Shown: piece after piece, positions 22,050 through 37,721 of the stretch
Layout of the letters: every line of letters starts with the position of its first letter
Numbering within the stretch: the first letter of the stretch is position 1
NCBI GenBank assembly: GCA_004431415.1
Contig: QPMI01000126.1
Location: 1 to 64,000 of the forward strand
DNA length: 64,000 nucleotides
From: Cyanophora paradoxa CCMP329
Lineage: Eukaryota > Plantae > Glaucophyta
Reading direction: 5' to 3'
Notes under the pieces: model-generated
Database searches by the model: none
Told to the model about the DNA's origin: nothing
What the model saw: only the letters and a program-made list of their open reading frames with translations
Program-made: the position numbers and the translations under genes

Positions 22050-24423
22050 ATGGAGGCGAGCAGCGCTTTCTGCGGGCTGCTGCCGTCGCCGCTGACACAT
22101 GCGGCGTGGTCTGTGGGGACTCCATGCAGCACAGCTCGCCGCCGGTCGGACCCGCCGACCCGGCCGCACGCCTTCACATACACAGGCCTTCCACTACGCA
22201 CGCCGCAGCGCTTTGCAAGCGGTAGGAGGGATTCCGTACGTGCGCGGAGGTTTCACGTAGAGAGCGGGTCGGCGTCCTCCTTCTTCGGCGCGGATGCTAG
22301 CTCGTTCATCCGTGTGGCTCGGTTGGCGACCAGCCTGGGCGCCCTGCAGCTTGCAGGCAACCGCAGGGATGCCGAAAGAGGATTCAGATGCGTGGCCAGC
22401 GGCGAGCGAGAGAAGCGGGAGAAGAGGCAAGCGGAGGCGGAGCAGCGGGTCGTGCCGTCCGACGCGGTTGTCAAGGCCGTCGAGAGCCTCGGTTTCAAGG
22501 TTACAGACGGCGACGTCGCGTCTACGGCCGGTGCGGCCTCCCCCCCGCTCGCCCACGCACGTATGAACGACGAATCGCTTACTCGGGCCGCCGGGGCACA
22601 GGCCGGGAGCTCGCGGCGGTGCGGCAGGAGCTCATGGCGCTGGCGTACAACGCCGGCGGCCACATGCAGGCCCGCGCCGACGTTGTCGCCCCCCCGCACG
22701 CGCTGGCCTCCGACGCGGGCCGGGGCGCACGCGCAGGTGGCAGAGACGGGAGACATCGTGTACTCGTTCCCGGCCAACTTCCGCTCCGTCCTCAGCAGCA
22801 ACGACCGCCGCGTGCGCTCCATCCCCCGCGCACTGCGCCCCGCGCGACGCCTCCGAGCGGCGTCGCAGTTCCGGGCGCTGGAGGTGTGGCGGGGGGTGTC
22901 GGGGGCGCTGTACAAGGGCGTGCGCGTCGGCTTCGGGGTCTCCCTCCTGCTCTCCATCCTCCTCGTCTTCGTCACCTTCGTCGCCATCAGGCGCGCGCGC
23001 CATCGAGCGCCGCCCCGGGGCCCCTCCCGCGCCAGGGCCGGCGCTGACGCGGCGCAGCATCTCCGCCTCCTCCTCGTCGCGTGGCAGCGACGACGATAAC
23101 GACAGCGGCGAACGCCGCAGCCGCAATTCTTTCGTCCGCACCGCGCCCCGCCCCGCCCGCGCCCCGCGCCCCGCCCCGCCCCGCCTCACGCGGCGGCGGC
23201 AGAACATCTCGTTCGGGCCGAGCCTCTTCGACTACTACTACTGGTCGCGGCTCATGAACCCCGGGTGGGGCTCGTACGGGTACAGTTACACGGTGACGGA
23301 CTACGAGGACGAGTACGGCGCGGAGGAGCGGCGGCGCGCCGACCTCTCCTTCCCCGAGGCCGTCTTCTCCTTCGTGTCCGCCCCGCCCCCGCCCCGCTTC
23401 GTTCCGCGCCGGGCCCGGCGAGCGGGCGGCAGGTTCGGGGACGGGGACCCGAACGCGGGGCTGGCGGAGCGGCAGTGGCAGCTGGTCGGGCAGGTCATCC
23501 GCGAGGCCGGCGGCGCCGTCACCGCCGAGCAGGCCCGCCCCGCCCTGCCCCGCCCCACCGGCCCGTCGCCGCCGCCCCCTCACCGCCGGCGCAGGTGCTG
23601 CCGTACCTCGACTCGCGGACCTTCCCCACCACGGACCCCCGCTCCTCCTTCTTCAAGGCCCGCCCCCGCCCCGCCCCGCCCCGCCCCGCCGTGCCGCCGG
23701 TCCGACGGCCGCGCAGTACGAGGACTACATGCTGCCGGTGCTGCTGCGGTTCCAGGGGCGGCCGGAGGTGAGCGAGGAGGGGGACATCGTCTACGTCTTC
23801 CCCGAGCTGCTCGTCAGCACGGCGGCCGCCGAGCGGGCCGAGCGGGCGCTGCCGCCCTTCCTCGAGGAGGCCGCTGAGGCCTTCACCCGCGCCGACGGCC
23901 TCCAGAAGTTCCTCGCGGGGGGCCTCGGGGCCCTCAACGCCGTCGGCGTCGCCTCGCTGGGACCCGTGCTCAAGAGCTACGCCGCCGCGCAGGCCGCCGG
24001 GGGCGTCATCGCGCTCGCCGCCTCCCTCCTCTGGCTGCTGCGCGCCTACGCCCTCGTCTTCGTGGCGACCCCCGTGGCGCGCCTCGTCCGCCTGCGCGGC
24101 GCCAACGCCGGCATCGAGCAGCGCAACGCCGCCCGCGCGGCCGCCGCGGAGGCCCTCCTCGACGACCCCTCCCCGCAGCTCCGCCGCAAGGCCCGCCCGG
24201 CGCCCCCGCAGCCCCCGCCCCCGCCCCTGAGCCTCGCGCCGCGCAGATGCGGTTCGCGCGGGAGAAGGCGCGGGAGGTGGGGGCGGAGGGCCGGCGCGCC
24301 GTGGACCGCAAGGTCATCTTCTCGACGGAGCAGTCGGCCCTCGAGCAGGACCTCGACGGGCCCGACGCCGACGCCGAGTGGGCCCGCCGCCTCGAGCGCG
24401 GCCGCAGCACCCGCGGCGAGTAG
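22050..24423 (+). CDS. At5g03900-like plastid membrane protein of cyanobacterial type, with putative transit peptide
   Basis: AVESLGFKVTDGDVASTAG, LMALAYNAGGHMQ|VAETGDIVYSFPANFRSVL, RVGFGVSLLLSILLVF, LSFPEAVFSFVFGDGDPN, WQLVGQVIREAGGAVTAEQ|VLPYLD and YEDYMLPVLLRFQGRPEVSEEGDIVYVFPEL. The Ser/Ala/Arg-rich N-terminus starts MEASSAF. Confidence 0.85.
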
Positions 24424-24490
24424 CCCCCCGCGCGTAGCTAGCTCTAGGCAGCTATAGATTGGATGTCACAGTGTTGCATATTCGAGAGAG

Positions 24491-26408
24491 TCAGGAGGAG
24501 TAGGCGGTGAGGTCGACGAGGGCGCCGGCGCCGGGGGCGGGGGCCTGCGGCATGGCGAGGAGCTGGAGGGCCGTCAGCTCCGCCTCGATGTCGACCGGCC
24601 GCCCGGGCCCCGGCGGGCGCGCGTGCTCCCGCGCCGTCGCCGCCAGCCGCTCGCGCAGCTCCGGCGGGGCGGAGGGCCCGTCGAGCTCCGCGAAGGCCGA
24701 GGCGGCGGCCGCCTTGAGGAGCGCCAGGTACTCCTCGTCGTCCACCCCGCCCCGGGCCCCGCCGCCCCGCCTCCTCCTCCTCTTCGTCGCTCTCGCGCGC
24801 GGCGGCCCGCCGCGGCTCCGCCGCCAGCACCCGCGCCAGCTCCTCCCCGCGCCACCGCCCGTCCTTCCTCTGCGCCCGCCCCTCCGCGAAGCCGTCGCCC
24901 GCCCCGCCCTGCGCCCCGTGAGGGGGGCGGCGGGGCGGCGGGCGCGCGCGGGGCGCACGGCGGCAGCTCGTAGTTATTGCTGACGAGGAAGGCAGCAATG
25001 CTGAAGCGCAGCTCCGCCGGCCGCAGCGCCTGCGCCGCGTCGGCCCGGGGCGGCGCGGGCGGGGCCGGGGCGGGGCGGCACGGCGAGGAGGCGGGCGCGG
25101 GCGGGGCCGAGGGGAGGCTGGTGAAGAGCTCTGACAGGAGCGCCCGCAGGTCGTTCTCCTGGCCGGCCTGCTGCACCGCCCCGCACAGCTGCCGCCGCGT
25201 CGGGGGGGGCGGGGGCGGCGGGGCGGCGGGGCGGCGCACGAGGCCGACGGCGTCGGCGGCGAGCTGGGCGGCCTCCTCGGCGCGGGGCCAGCGCGGCTCG
25301 GCGTCCGGCAGGGCGAGCGCCGCGGCGGCGTGCGGGAAGAAGAGCTCCTTCAGGGCGCCCTTGACCGTCCCCGGCACTCCGCCATCAGCCGGAACGCGTC
25401 CGACGCCCGCCCTGCGCCCCGTCAGGCCGCCCGCGGGGCGACGGGCGGGCGGGCGGGCGGGCGGGCGGGCGGGGCGTGCCGGGGCGGGCGGCGAGGTCGT
25501 GGTGGAGGGCCGCGACGTAGAAGCGCATGAGGAGCACGGCCCGCTCCCGCGCCTCCTCCGCCGGCTGCCAGCCCCGCTCGCCCCCGCCCCAGAGAGGAGA
25601 AGGGCCGGGCAGGGGTCCGCCGGCGCACGAGTAGCGGCCGGCGCTCGCACGGCGCGATGGCTCCCGCGGACGTCGCAGTGAGCGCGGCCCTGTGTGTTGA
25701 ACTCATCAAAAGCCCGATCCGCGCTCGCGGAGTCGCGCAGGGGGCCAGACGCACACAGCGCCAACGAGGGCGTTCCAGTTATCCGCGTTCGGCAGCTCTC
25801 TGCGGTCGCGGGCGTATCGGCCGCGCTCGAGGAGGCGCGAGCAATGCAAGCGCACGAGACCATCGACCACCGGACCGGACGGCCCCTTTGCCAGTGAGGC
25901 CCGCACGCCTGCGGCGATGTCAAGCGGAGGCGAGGACCGCCAGAACCCGGCACGCCGCACCGCTACCAGCGATTCATACGCTCCGAACGCGGCCTGCCGG
26001 TCCCGCGAGCCGCGCAGGGCGTCCAGGAGCCTGTCGACAAGAGCGCTGCGGCGCGGAGGACGGGTCGCCCGGGGAAGGAGACCTGCAGCGGAAGCGGCGG
26101 CGCACCGCGTGGGCGCCATCTCGTTGAGGAAGCATTGCGTGTAGAGGAATTCCCGCAGCAGCCGCTTCTCCTCGGCGAGCACAGGGTCGCCTGCGCTCAA
26201 GCGCCTGTGAGCTGCGATGCCGCGACGAGGAGCGGAGCCGAAACGCACTGTTGTGCACGTCCGCAAGCGGCACCAGGATCGATGCGACCCGCTGCGAGAT
26301 TGGCGGCCGCTGGTCGTGCTCTCCGAGCGGGGCGGGCGCTGGCGCGGGAGGCGGCCGGCCCGGGGCAAATAGCGGGTGCGTCGTTGCTGGCCTGGGATCC
26401 GTGCCCAT
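24491..26408 (-). CDS. Hypothetical multi-exon protein
   Basis: Coding-like segments (EEKRLLREFLYTQCFLNEM, LVDRLLDALRGS, VKGALKELFFPHAAA, ENDLRALLSELFTSLP, LRFSIAAFLVSNNYELP, DDEEYLALLKAAA...DLTAYSS*) are separated by minus-strand introns of the local type. No family recognised; start codon uncertain. Confidence 0.6.
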
Positions 26409-26488
26409 GTCGAGCAGAGGAGTTTCGAATTGCCGGGTACGGGTACGGGTGTTTAGGGGGTAGACGACGAGACGCAGCGACTGGCAAG

Positions 26489-27274
26489 ATGGTTCGTCAG
26501 TGGCTCCCGGGCGCTCCGCTGGGGTGCAATCGACGAAGCTAGCGCACTGTAGCATAGAGGCAGCCATAAGGGCGACTTCCGGGACCGATCACGCGGTCGG
26601 GGTGCCGCAACCTGTGCTGGCTGCCGACGGCGGCGCCCGCCGTGCTCTATGCATTAGAAGCTGCAAAGAGCACATGCATAGGCAGCGAGCTGGGGCGCGG
26701 GTCGCCGAGCGATCGCCAATAGGCGCCGTGCCTCGCAGGCCCGCGCCCGTTGCTGACTCTGCCGCGCACGACAGGTGAACATCCCGAAGACTCGCAAGAC
26801 CTTCTGCTCGAAGTGCTCCAAGCACACCCCGCACAAGGTCACGCAGTACAAGACCGGCAAGGCCTCGAAGTTCGCTCAGGGTGCGCTCGGCCCACCGCTC
26901 TCTCCTTTCAATGCTCACCTGCGTGCAGGCAAGCGCCGTTACGACCGCAAGCAGAGCGGCTTCGGTGGGCAGACCAAGCCCGTCTTCCACAAGAAGGTGC
27001 ACGATCTCGGGACCCAAAGCTAGTCCATTGGTGCTAAGGCTGTGCGACGCACACCATCTATAGCACAAGGAACATAGCTCCGCATCACTGTGCAGCCGCG
27101 CTGATGCCTGCCGCTCGCGGCGCTCTCGTCGTTGCGCAGGCGAAGACCACGAAGAAGATCGTGCTCCGTCTCGAGTGCAACGCTTGCAAGTACAAGCACC
27201 AGCACGCCATCAAGCGCTGCAAGCACTTCGAGCTTGGCGGTGACAAGAAGGCGAAGGGCCAGGCCACCTACTAA
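26489..27274 (+). CDS. RPL36A: 60S ribosomal protein eL42 (L36a/L44)
   Basis: Exons 26489-26491 (ATG), 26775-26880, 26929-26996 and 27140-27274 give [103 protein letters not shown]. Confidence 0.97.
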
Positions 27275-27752
27275 AGGGTTTCGCCCCCGGCATACCCTAC
27301 TGGGCCTCTGTTCCCGGAAACTGCGTTCGGGTCTTCGTCTGGGATTCGATCTCGTCGGCACCTTGTCTCGTGTACTTACGATGTCTCCATAAACACGAGC
27401 AAGGATCTTGTGCTTTTGGCCCTACGGAGATCCCGTCACGCATGGTCTTTTTCGCGCGTGGGCTTTCTATGTAGCTGCATCGCTTGACGATTATAATGAA
27501 GGTGTGCGTCAGAGAAGCCTCAGACTAGCTATATAGGCAGCTCTGGGGAGGCCGCTAAAAATGCGAGCCGGCTTCGGACTGCCGCAGAGCACAAGAGGAA
27601 AAGGTCCAACGGAAAAGAAATATTAACGTCAAGACGACATCTAGGTTTTAATATTAATGAGCTTCTGAACCGAGAGTGTGGCCAGAGGGCGCGGTGGCCC
27701 AGTGGGGCGGGTACCAGTTCGGGCGAGGAAACCGTCGAAGAGAGACCATCTG

Positions 27753-29012
27753 ATGGCGAAGGCCGGCGAGGATGCCTGGTTTGACAGCAGTGCGATTGCG
27801 CCTGGCTCGACGGGCAGGTCGGCGGGCAGGCCACCGCTCGATGTAGAGACGGGCGGCGCGCCCACGGTGGCCAGCGGCGACATGCGGTCGACCGCGACGC
27901 AGCTGCTAATGGGTCATGTGCGTTACCTTCCTGCGCTGCGCGCTCCCGTTGCTGACTTCGCACCGCAGGCACTAGATCAGGTTTGTCCCCCAAAGCGGGT
28001 CTTGGCGGGCCCCAGCTGACGCGTGCTCACGCTTGTGTGCTGAGCCTTGACATTTCCGTCCGCCAGGTGCGGCAGCGCGCGTCGGCCTGGAAGGTCCTCA
28101 TCGGCAACATCGACCCTCTTCGCCCGTATTTCGATCTGGACTCCGCAGAGGTGTTGAAGCGCTTCATGTACAGCGTAAGAGACTTTCCCAACCCAACCCG
28201 ACGCCACCCCGTCTGAACCAACCCCGCCTGCCCGAGCGCAGCTCGTCCCGCGACCGGCCCTCTCTCACGCCACAATGGTGGCTGCGCCGGACTTCTACGG
28301 CCCGCTCGTGTCGTCGTTCACGTTTGGGATGCTGCTGCACATGCTGCTCGGCGGTAGCGAGGTGAAGGAGGGGACGCTGCTGGGGACCTCGCTGGGCGTC
28401 TGCCTGACGTACTGGATGGTCGCCTCGGGCTTCTACTGGACGGTCTCGTACATCCTGCAGTGCGAGCTGCGGCTGCAGTCCGTGGTGTGCCTCACGGGCT
28501 ACGCGATGAGCGGCTACTGCGCGACGATCGCCGCCCAGCTGCTCTTCGGGAGCGCCCTCGGCGGCCTCGCCGCCTTCGTCGCCGGCGGCCTTTCCGCCGC
28601 CGCCCTCGGCCTCGCCTTCTACCACTCCCACCCGGAGGGCCGCAAGGGCCTCATGGCCGCCGCCCTCGTCGCCGCCGTCCGCCCCCCTCCTCCCTCGCTT
28701 GCCCCCTCCTCCGGGCCTGACCTGCCGAGGGCGCCCCGCAGGTCCACTTCCTCTTCCTCCTCTTCATCCGCTACCAGTACTTCCCCTCCAACACGCAGGC
28801 CCGCCCTGCCTGTGCCCCGCCGCGCCGCGCCCTCCCCGCCGCTCACAGCACGGGGCGGGCAGGTGACGCGGGGAGCGCCGGAGGCGGCGCCCGGGGCGGG
28901 GGCGGAGGAGGGGAAGGGGCAGGAGGAGCGGCACGAGAAGCAGGACGACGAGAAGCACGAGAAGGAGAAGGGCGGCAAGGAGAAGGATGACAAGGACCGC
29001 CTCTTCTTCTGA
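27753..29012 (+). CDS. YIPF3: Yip1-domain Golgi membrane protein, YIPF3-like
   Basis: NIDPLRPYFDLDSAEVLKRFMYS|LVP, PDFYGPLVSSFTFGMLLH and KEGTLLGTSLGVCLTYW match YIPF3 motifs. Five hydrophobic segments; 12-nt microexon at 27969-27980. Confidence 0.8.
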
Positions 29013-29234
29013 GGCGCGCCCCCGCGACCCCCTCGCCCCGCCCCCCGCCACTCGGCCCCTCCCCGCCTCCGCAACCCCCTTCAGACGCCAACGCCACACC
29101 GGCCGTACACGTAGCTTTCCATTGCAAAACGCACGATTATAAATATCGCGAGGCCGCTTCCGGGGGGAGATGGGGGAGGGTGGCGAGGGGTTGCGGGCAG
29201 CAGGGGGCGGGCGGGGGGCAGGGTGGGGTGGGGC

Positions 29235-33853
<4,619 letters not shown>

Positions 33854-34062
33854 CTCTGCGTATCCCGGGCGACCTAACTAACGCTCGCCTGGGGAGCTGG
33901 CCGGCGAAGCTAGGCACGGCGCTGGAGCGCTGGTTCTGGAAAGCTACAACAACGAGCCTAAACATCCGCGGGCCCCGAAGGCCCGCGGCGCGGCTGGATG
34001 ACGAGGCTGCCCGATTGGCCAACCTTCTGTACCCGTGTTGTTCTCGTTCCCCCCTTGCAAAA

Positions 34063-36433
34063 ATGAGCGCCGCGACAGAACTGCGCGTCTGCAGCTTCAA
34101 CGTGCGCCTGGAGCCGGGTGTAGGCGAGCCCGTCGACCCCTATCCCTGGGCGAAGCGTCTCCCGCTGTGTGTCTCCACGGTGCTCCCTGCCTGGCTCCTG
34201 GTCGCCCGCGCGCGCCGCACGAGCTGACTAGCGGCAGATCGAGTTCCACCGGATCGATCTTGTGAGCATACAGGTCCGCGTTCCTGCGCGCGGCCCGCGC
34301 GCGAGCCTCGAAGAGGCGCTGCGCATGCGTACGCGGGTCCCGTAGCGGATCGAAGCCTTCGAGCGTGATCTGCCGGCTCATGCGCTACGACTTGGGCACC
34401 TTTCAATGCCGTGGTCCGCACGCAGGAGGCGTTCGCGCATCAGGCCAAGGACCTCGCGGACGCTCTGCCTGGTGCGGAAGCTTGACGCACCCCGTTTTCA
34501 AAACTCAGCGGGGCCTCAGAGTTCACGTTCGTCATGGGCGCGGCGCGCGACGGCGTGGACGGAGAGCGAGTGCGGCCGGTCCCGCTGCCGCGGCGCGTCC
34601 CATGACCAAGGCCAGCCAGCTCATGCACGCCCCGCTGCAGCTGCCCATCGCCCTTCGCACGCGGCGCTTCGAGGTCGTCTCGTCGCGGAACTTCTGGTTC
34701 TCGGAAACGCCGTCGAAGGTCGGCAGCATGAGCTGGGTGCGCGCCATGAATCAGCGGTGCCGGCAGCTTTCGAATTCTTTGGCGATGGCTGATCGTGCCG
34801 TCGGGGCGAAGGATTCAACTTGCCCCAGGCATTGCCACGTGGTTCGCCGCCGGCCTTGCTGCCCCTGGCGGGCGCGGAGGCGGGCGCGCGGGGGCAGGTG
34901 ACGGTACGGGACTGGGGCGCGGGGGGGCGGCGGCTGCTGCTCCTCAACGCGCACCTCGACCACGCCGGCTCCCGCGCCAAGGTCGAGGGTCCGCCCCGGC
35001 CCCACGCGCCCGCCTGGGCCCCGGGCCGGCGTCGAGCCGCGGGCGGCAGCCGGCCGCATCCTGCACGGGCTTGTCCAGGAGAGCGAGCTCCCAGCGATCA
35101 TCCTCGGAGGTTCTCGGCTTGTTGCCCTCCCTGCTTCCGTCCCCGCGTGCCGGTCGCTCATTTCTCTGCAGACTTCAACAGGTCCCCCGCCCCGCCCCGC
35201 CCCGCGCGCGGAGCGCTGCCTCGCCGGCGCGACGCGCGCGCAGCACTCCGTTCAGCCCGCCCTACAACATGGTGACCACGGGAAGCGTCCACCGCGTCGG
35301 TGCGCCCCGCCCCGCCCCCACGGCGCTGAGGCGAGGCGCGCGGCGAGGCGGCGGCAGACGCGCCAGCGCCGACGCTGCGGACGCGGATGCGGGTCGCGGG
35401 GGAGACGGTGCTCGCCGTCGGGGCGGTCGCGCTGAGCGTCTGGCGGCGCCGCGTGCGCCGGGCCGCCGTGTGCGGGGCGACGCCCCCTCGGAGGGCGAGG
35501 AGCGCGAGGAGGGCGGGCGGAGGCGGACGCGGAGGTGCGGCGCGCCTCGCTGGTGGGCATGAGCGCGGCGGGGCGGCGGGAGCCGAGGAGGCCCGCGCCG
35601 AGGCCGCCGCCTCCCTCGCCGCCCTCGACGCCCCCGACGGCCCCGGCGGCCCCAACGGCGCCGAGCCCGAGGGCGGCGAGGCGGGGGGCCCTGCGGCCGC
35701 CTCGGAGCAGGAGCAGCCGCGGGGGACGCCCTCCCCGGGGCCCCGCCGGCCCCTCCACGACGCCCGCTTCCGGCCCGCCGCCCCGCCCCGCCCGGCCCCC
35801 GCCCGCCCGGCGGCCCGCCTCCTGACGCGCCGGCCGCGCAGCTCCATCGCGCCGCACCACGGCCCGCTTACGACTTTCACCGGTCCGCCCCGGCGCCCAA
35901 CCCCGCCCCGCCCCTCTGCCCCGCCCGACGCCGTGCAGGCTTCCCCGGGACGGTCTCGGTGCTGTGGCGCGGCCTCATCGACTTCTGCGTGCGCCCGCCG
36001 CCCCGCCCCGACTCGCCCTCCGACGCTCCCCGGACCCCTCCGGCTCCCCGGCTCCCTGCGATCATCGGATGCCGCCGCGCGCGCAGTTCGTGACGGACGA
36101 CTGGACGGTCCTCCGGTGCGCCCCTTCCCGCGCTTCTCAGCTCCCTTCAGTTGGCTACGCTCTGAGCGCGGGGCGCATACAGGCACGGGGTCATCGCGGC
36201 GTGCCCCGCCCCGCCCCTCGACCCACCCCTCGCCCCTTGCTGAGCGCGCAGCCGCAGGACGATTTCGGCGGCCCGGTCCCCAGCGACCACCGTGGGCACC
36301 CCGCCCCGCGCCGCCCCGCGCTAGAGAGCCCAGGCCGGGAGCGGCCCGACGGTCCCGCGCAGGCCCCGTGGTGGCCGACGTCGTCCTCCGCACCCCGCTC
36401 TCCGAGGCGCCCCGCGCCCCCGCCCTCGTCTGA
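34063..36433 (+). CDS. Endonuclease/exonuclease/phosphatase (EEP) family protein
   Basis: LRVCSFNVR, WAKR, DLVSIQ|EA, NFWFSETP..GSMSW|DSTCPR, LLLNAHLDH, IILG|DFNS, TFT|GF, IDF|FV and PSDHR|PVVAD. Confidence 0.88.
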
Positions 36434-36674
36434 GCCTCGGAGGCCCCTTATGCCTGCACGAGAGCAACGAAACAAATCCCTGACATCGACCACTCCGGTC
36501 GGACCCAGCACATGGACCCTGCCCCCCTTTCCCGCGCTCCAGCGTGGTTTCAAGTTTCTGACTGTTTCTGATCCAAGGACATAGATCACCGCTAGCGAAA
36601 GATGACGGGGGTTAAGCACGGAGCGGGCCGAATGGTGCGCTGGGGCGCGTGTTTGGCGAACGGAAGCATGCCGC

Positions 36675-37606
36675 TTAGGACACGAGGGCCGAGGCGGTCG
36701 ACGACTCGCTGCGAGCGCGAGTGAAAAGGTCAGAAAACCGACGCGCGCACGTGCGAGGGGGAGAGCCGCGGGGCGCGGGGGGCTGCGCACTACTTCCAGT
36801 TCGGGGCGAGCTGCTTGGTGCGCTTGTAGTAGCGGGCCAGGCGGTGGATACGGGCCTCGACCAGAATGAGGCGGAACTTGGAGTCCCGGTCCTTCCGGTT
36901 GCGCTCAAGGTGCTTGCGGATGGCGACCGCCTTCTTGATGAGGTAGTAGAGGTCCTCCGGGAGATCCGGGGCCATGCCTGAGTAGGAAAAACGGGGCCGC
37001 AGAAGCGGGTTGCCCGTACATCATGAGAATGCCGCAGCCGAAACCGCAGGCATCTCTTTGCTGCGATCAGCAATGGAGTCTCGAGCCGGGTGGCCCAGCG
37101 AAACGAGATCCATGCCGAGAGCTACAGGGAGGGCCGGGGCTCACCGTTGGCCTTCAGGATGCGGAGGATCTTGCTGCCGGTGACGCTGCGGACCTGGGCG
37201 ATGCCGTGCGAGTCGCGGAGGATCACACCGATCTGGCTGGGGGTGAAGCCCTTCTTGGCGAGCTTCGACACGTGGTCGACGACATCGCCGGAAGAGATCT
37301 TCAGCCACGAGGGCGGAGTGCGCTTGTAGGGCAGAGCCGAGGAGCTCATGCCCTTGCTGCGGCGCGATCGAGAGCGTCAGACAACGTGCGGCCGCGCGGG
37401 CTGGGCCCGCGTCCCGATTCCAACATCGCCGGCCTATCCTGCGCACCCGAAACTGTGCATGCGACCTGCGTGGTACGATCGCGGGCCGCGCGTCAGACGA
37501 ATTCCGCGACGGGCCGGAGCCGAGCGCGGCTATCCACCCCAGTCGCATCGCTATCGCCTCGACGGTGCCCCGCCGGGTCGGGCGGGCGCGGGCGGCACGC
37601 ACCCAT
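36675..37606 (-). CDS. RPS13: 40S ribosomal protein uS15 (S13)
   Basis: Five exons give [27 protein letters not shown]...[20 protein letters not shown]...[73 protein letters not shown]. Confidence 0.97.
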
Positions 37607-37721
37607 GGTTGCGACTTGTCCTAGATCAAGTGTGCCGTACCCCCGCGCTCCCCTCGACGATACCCCCCTCACTTTCGAATTTTTCGGCGCGAAGAGCAGA
37701 GCGCCGCGGCGACGAAGTAGA

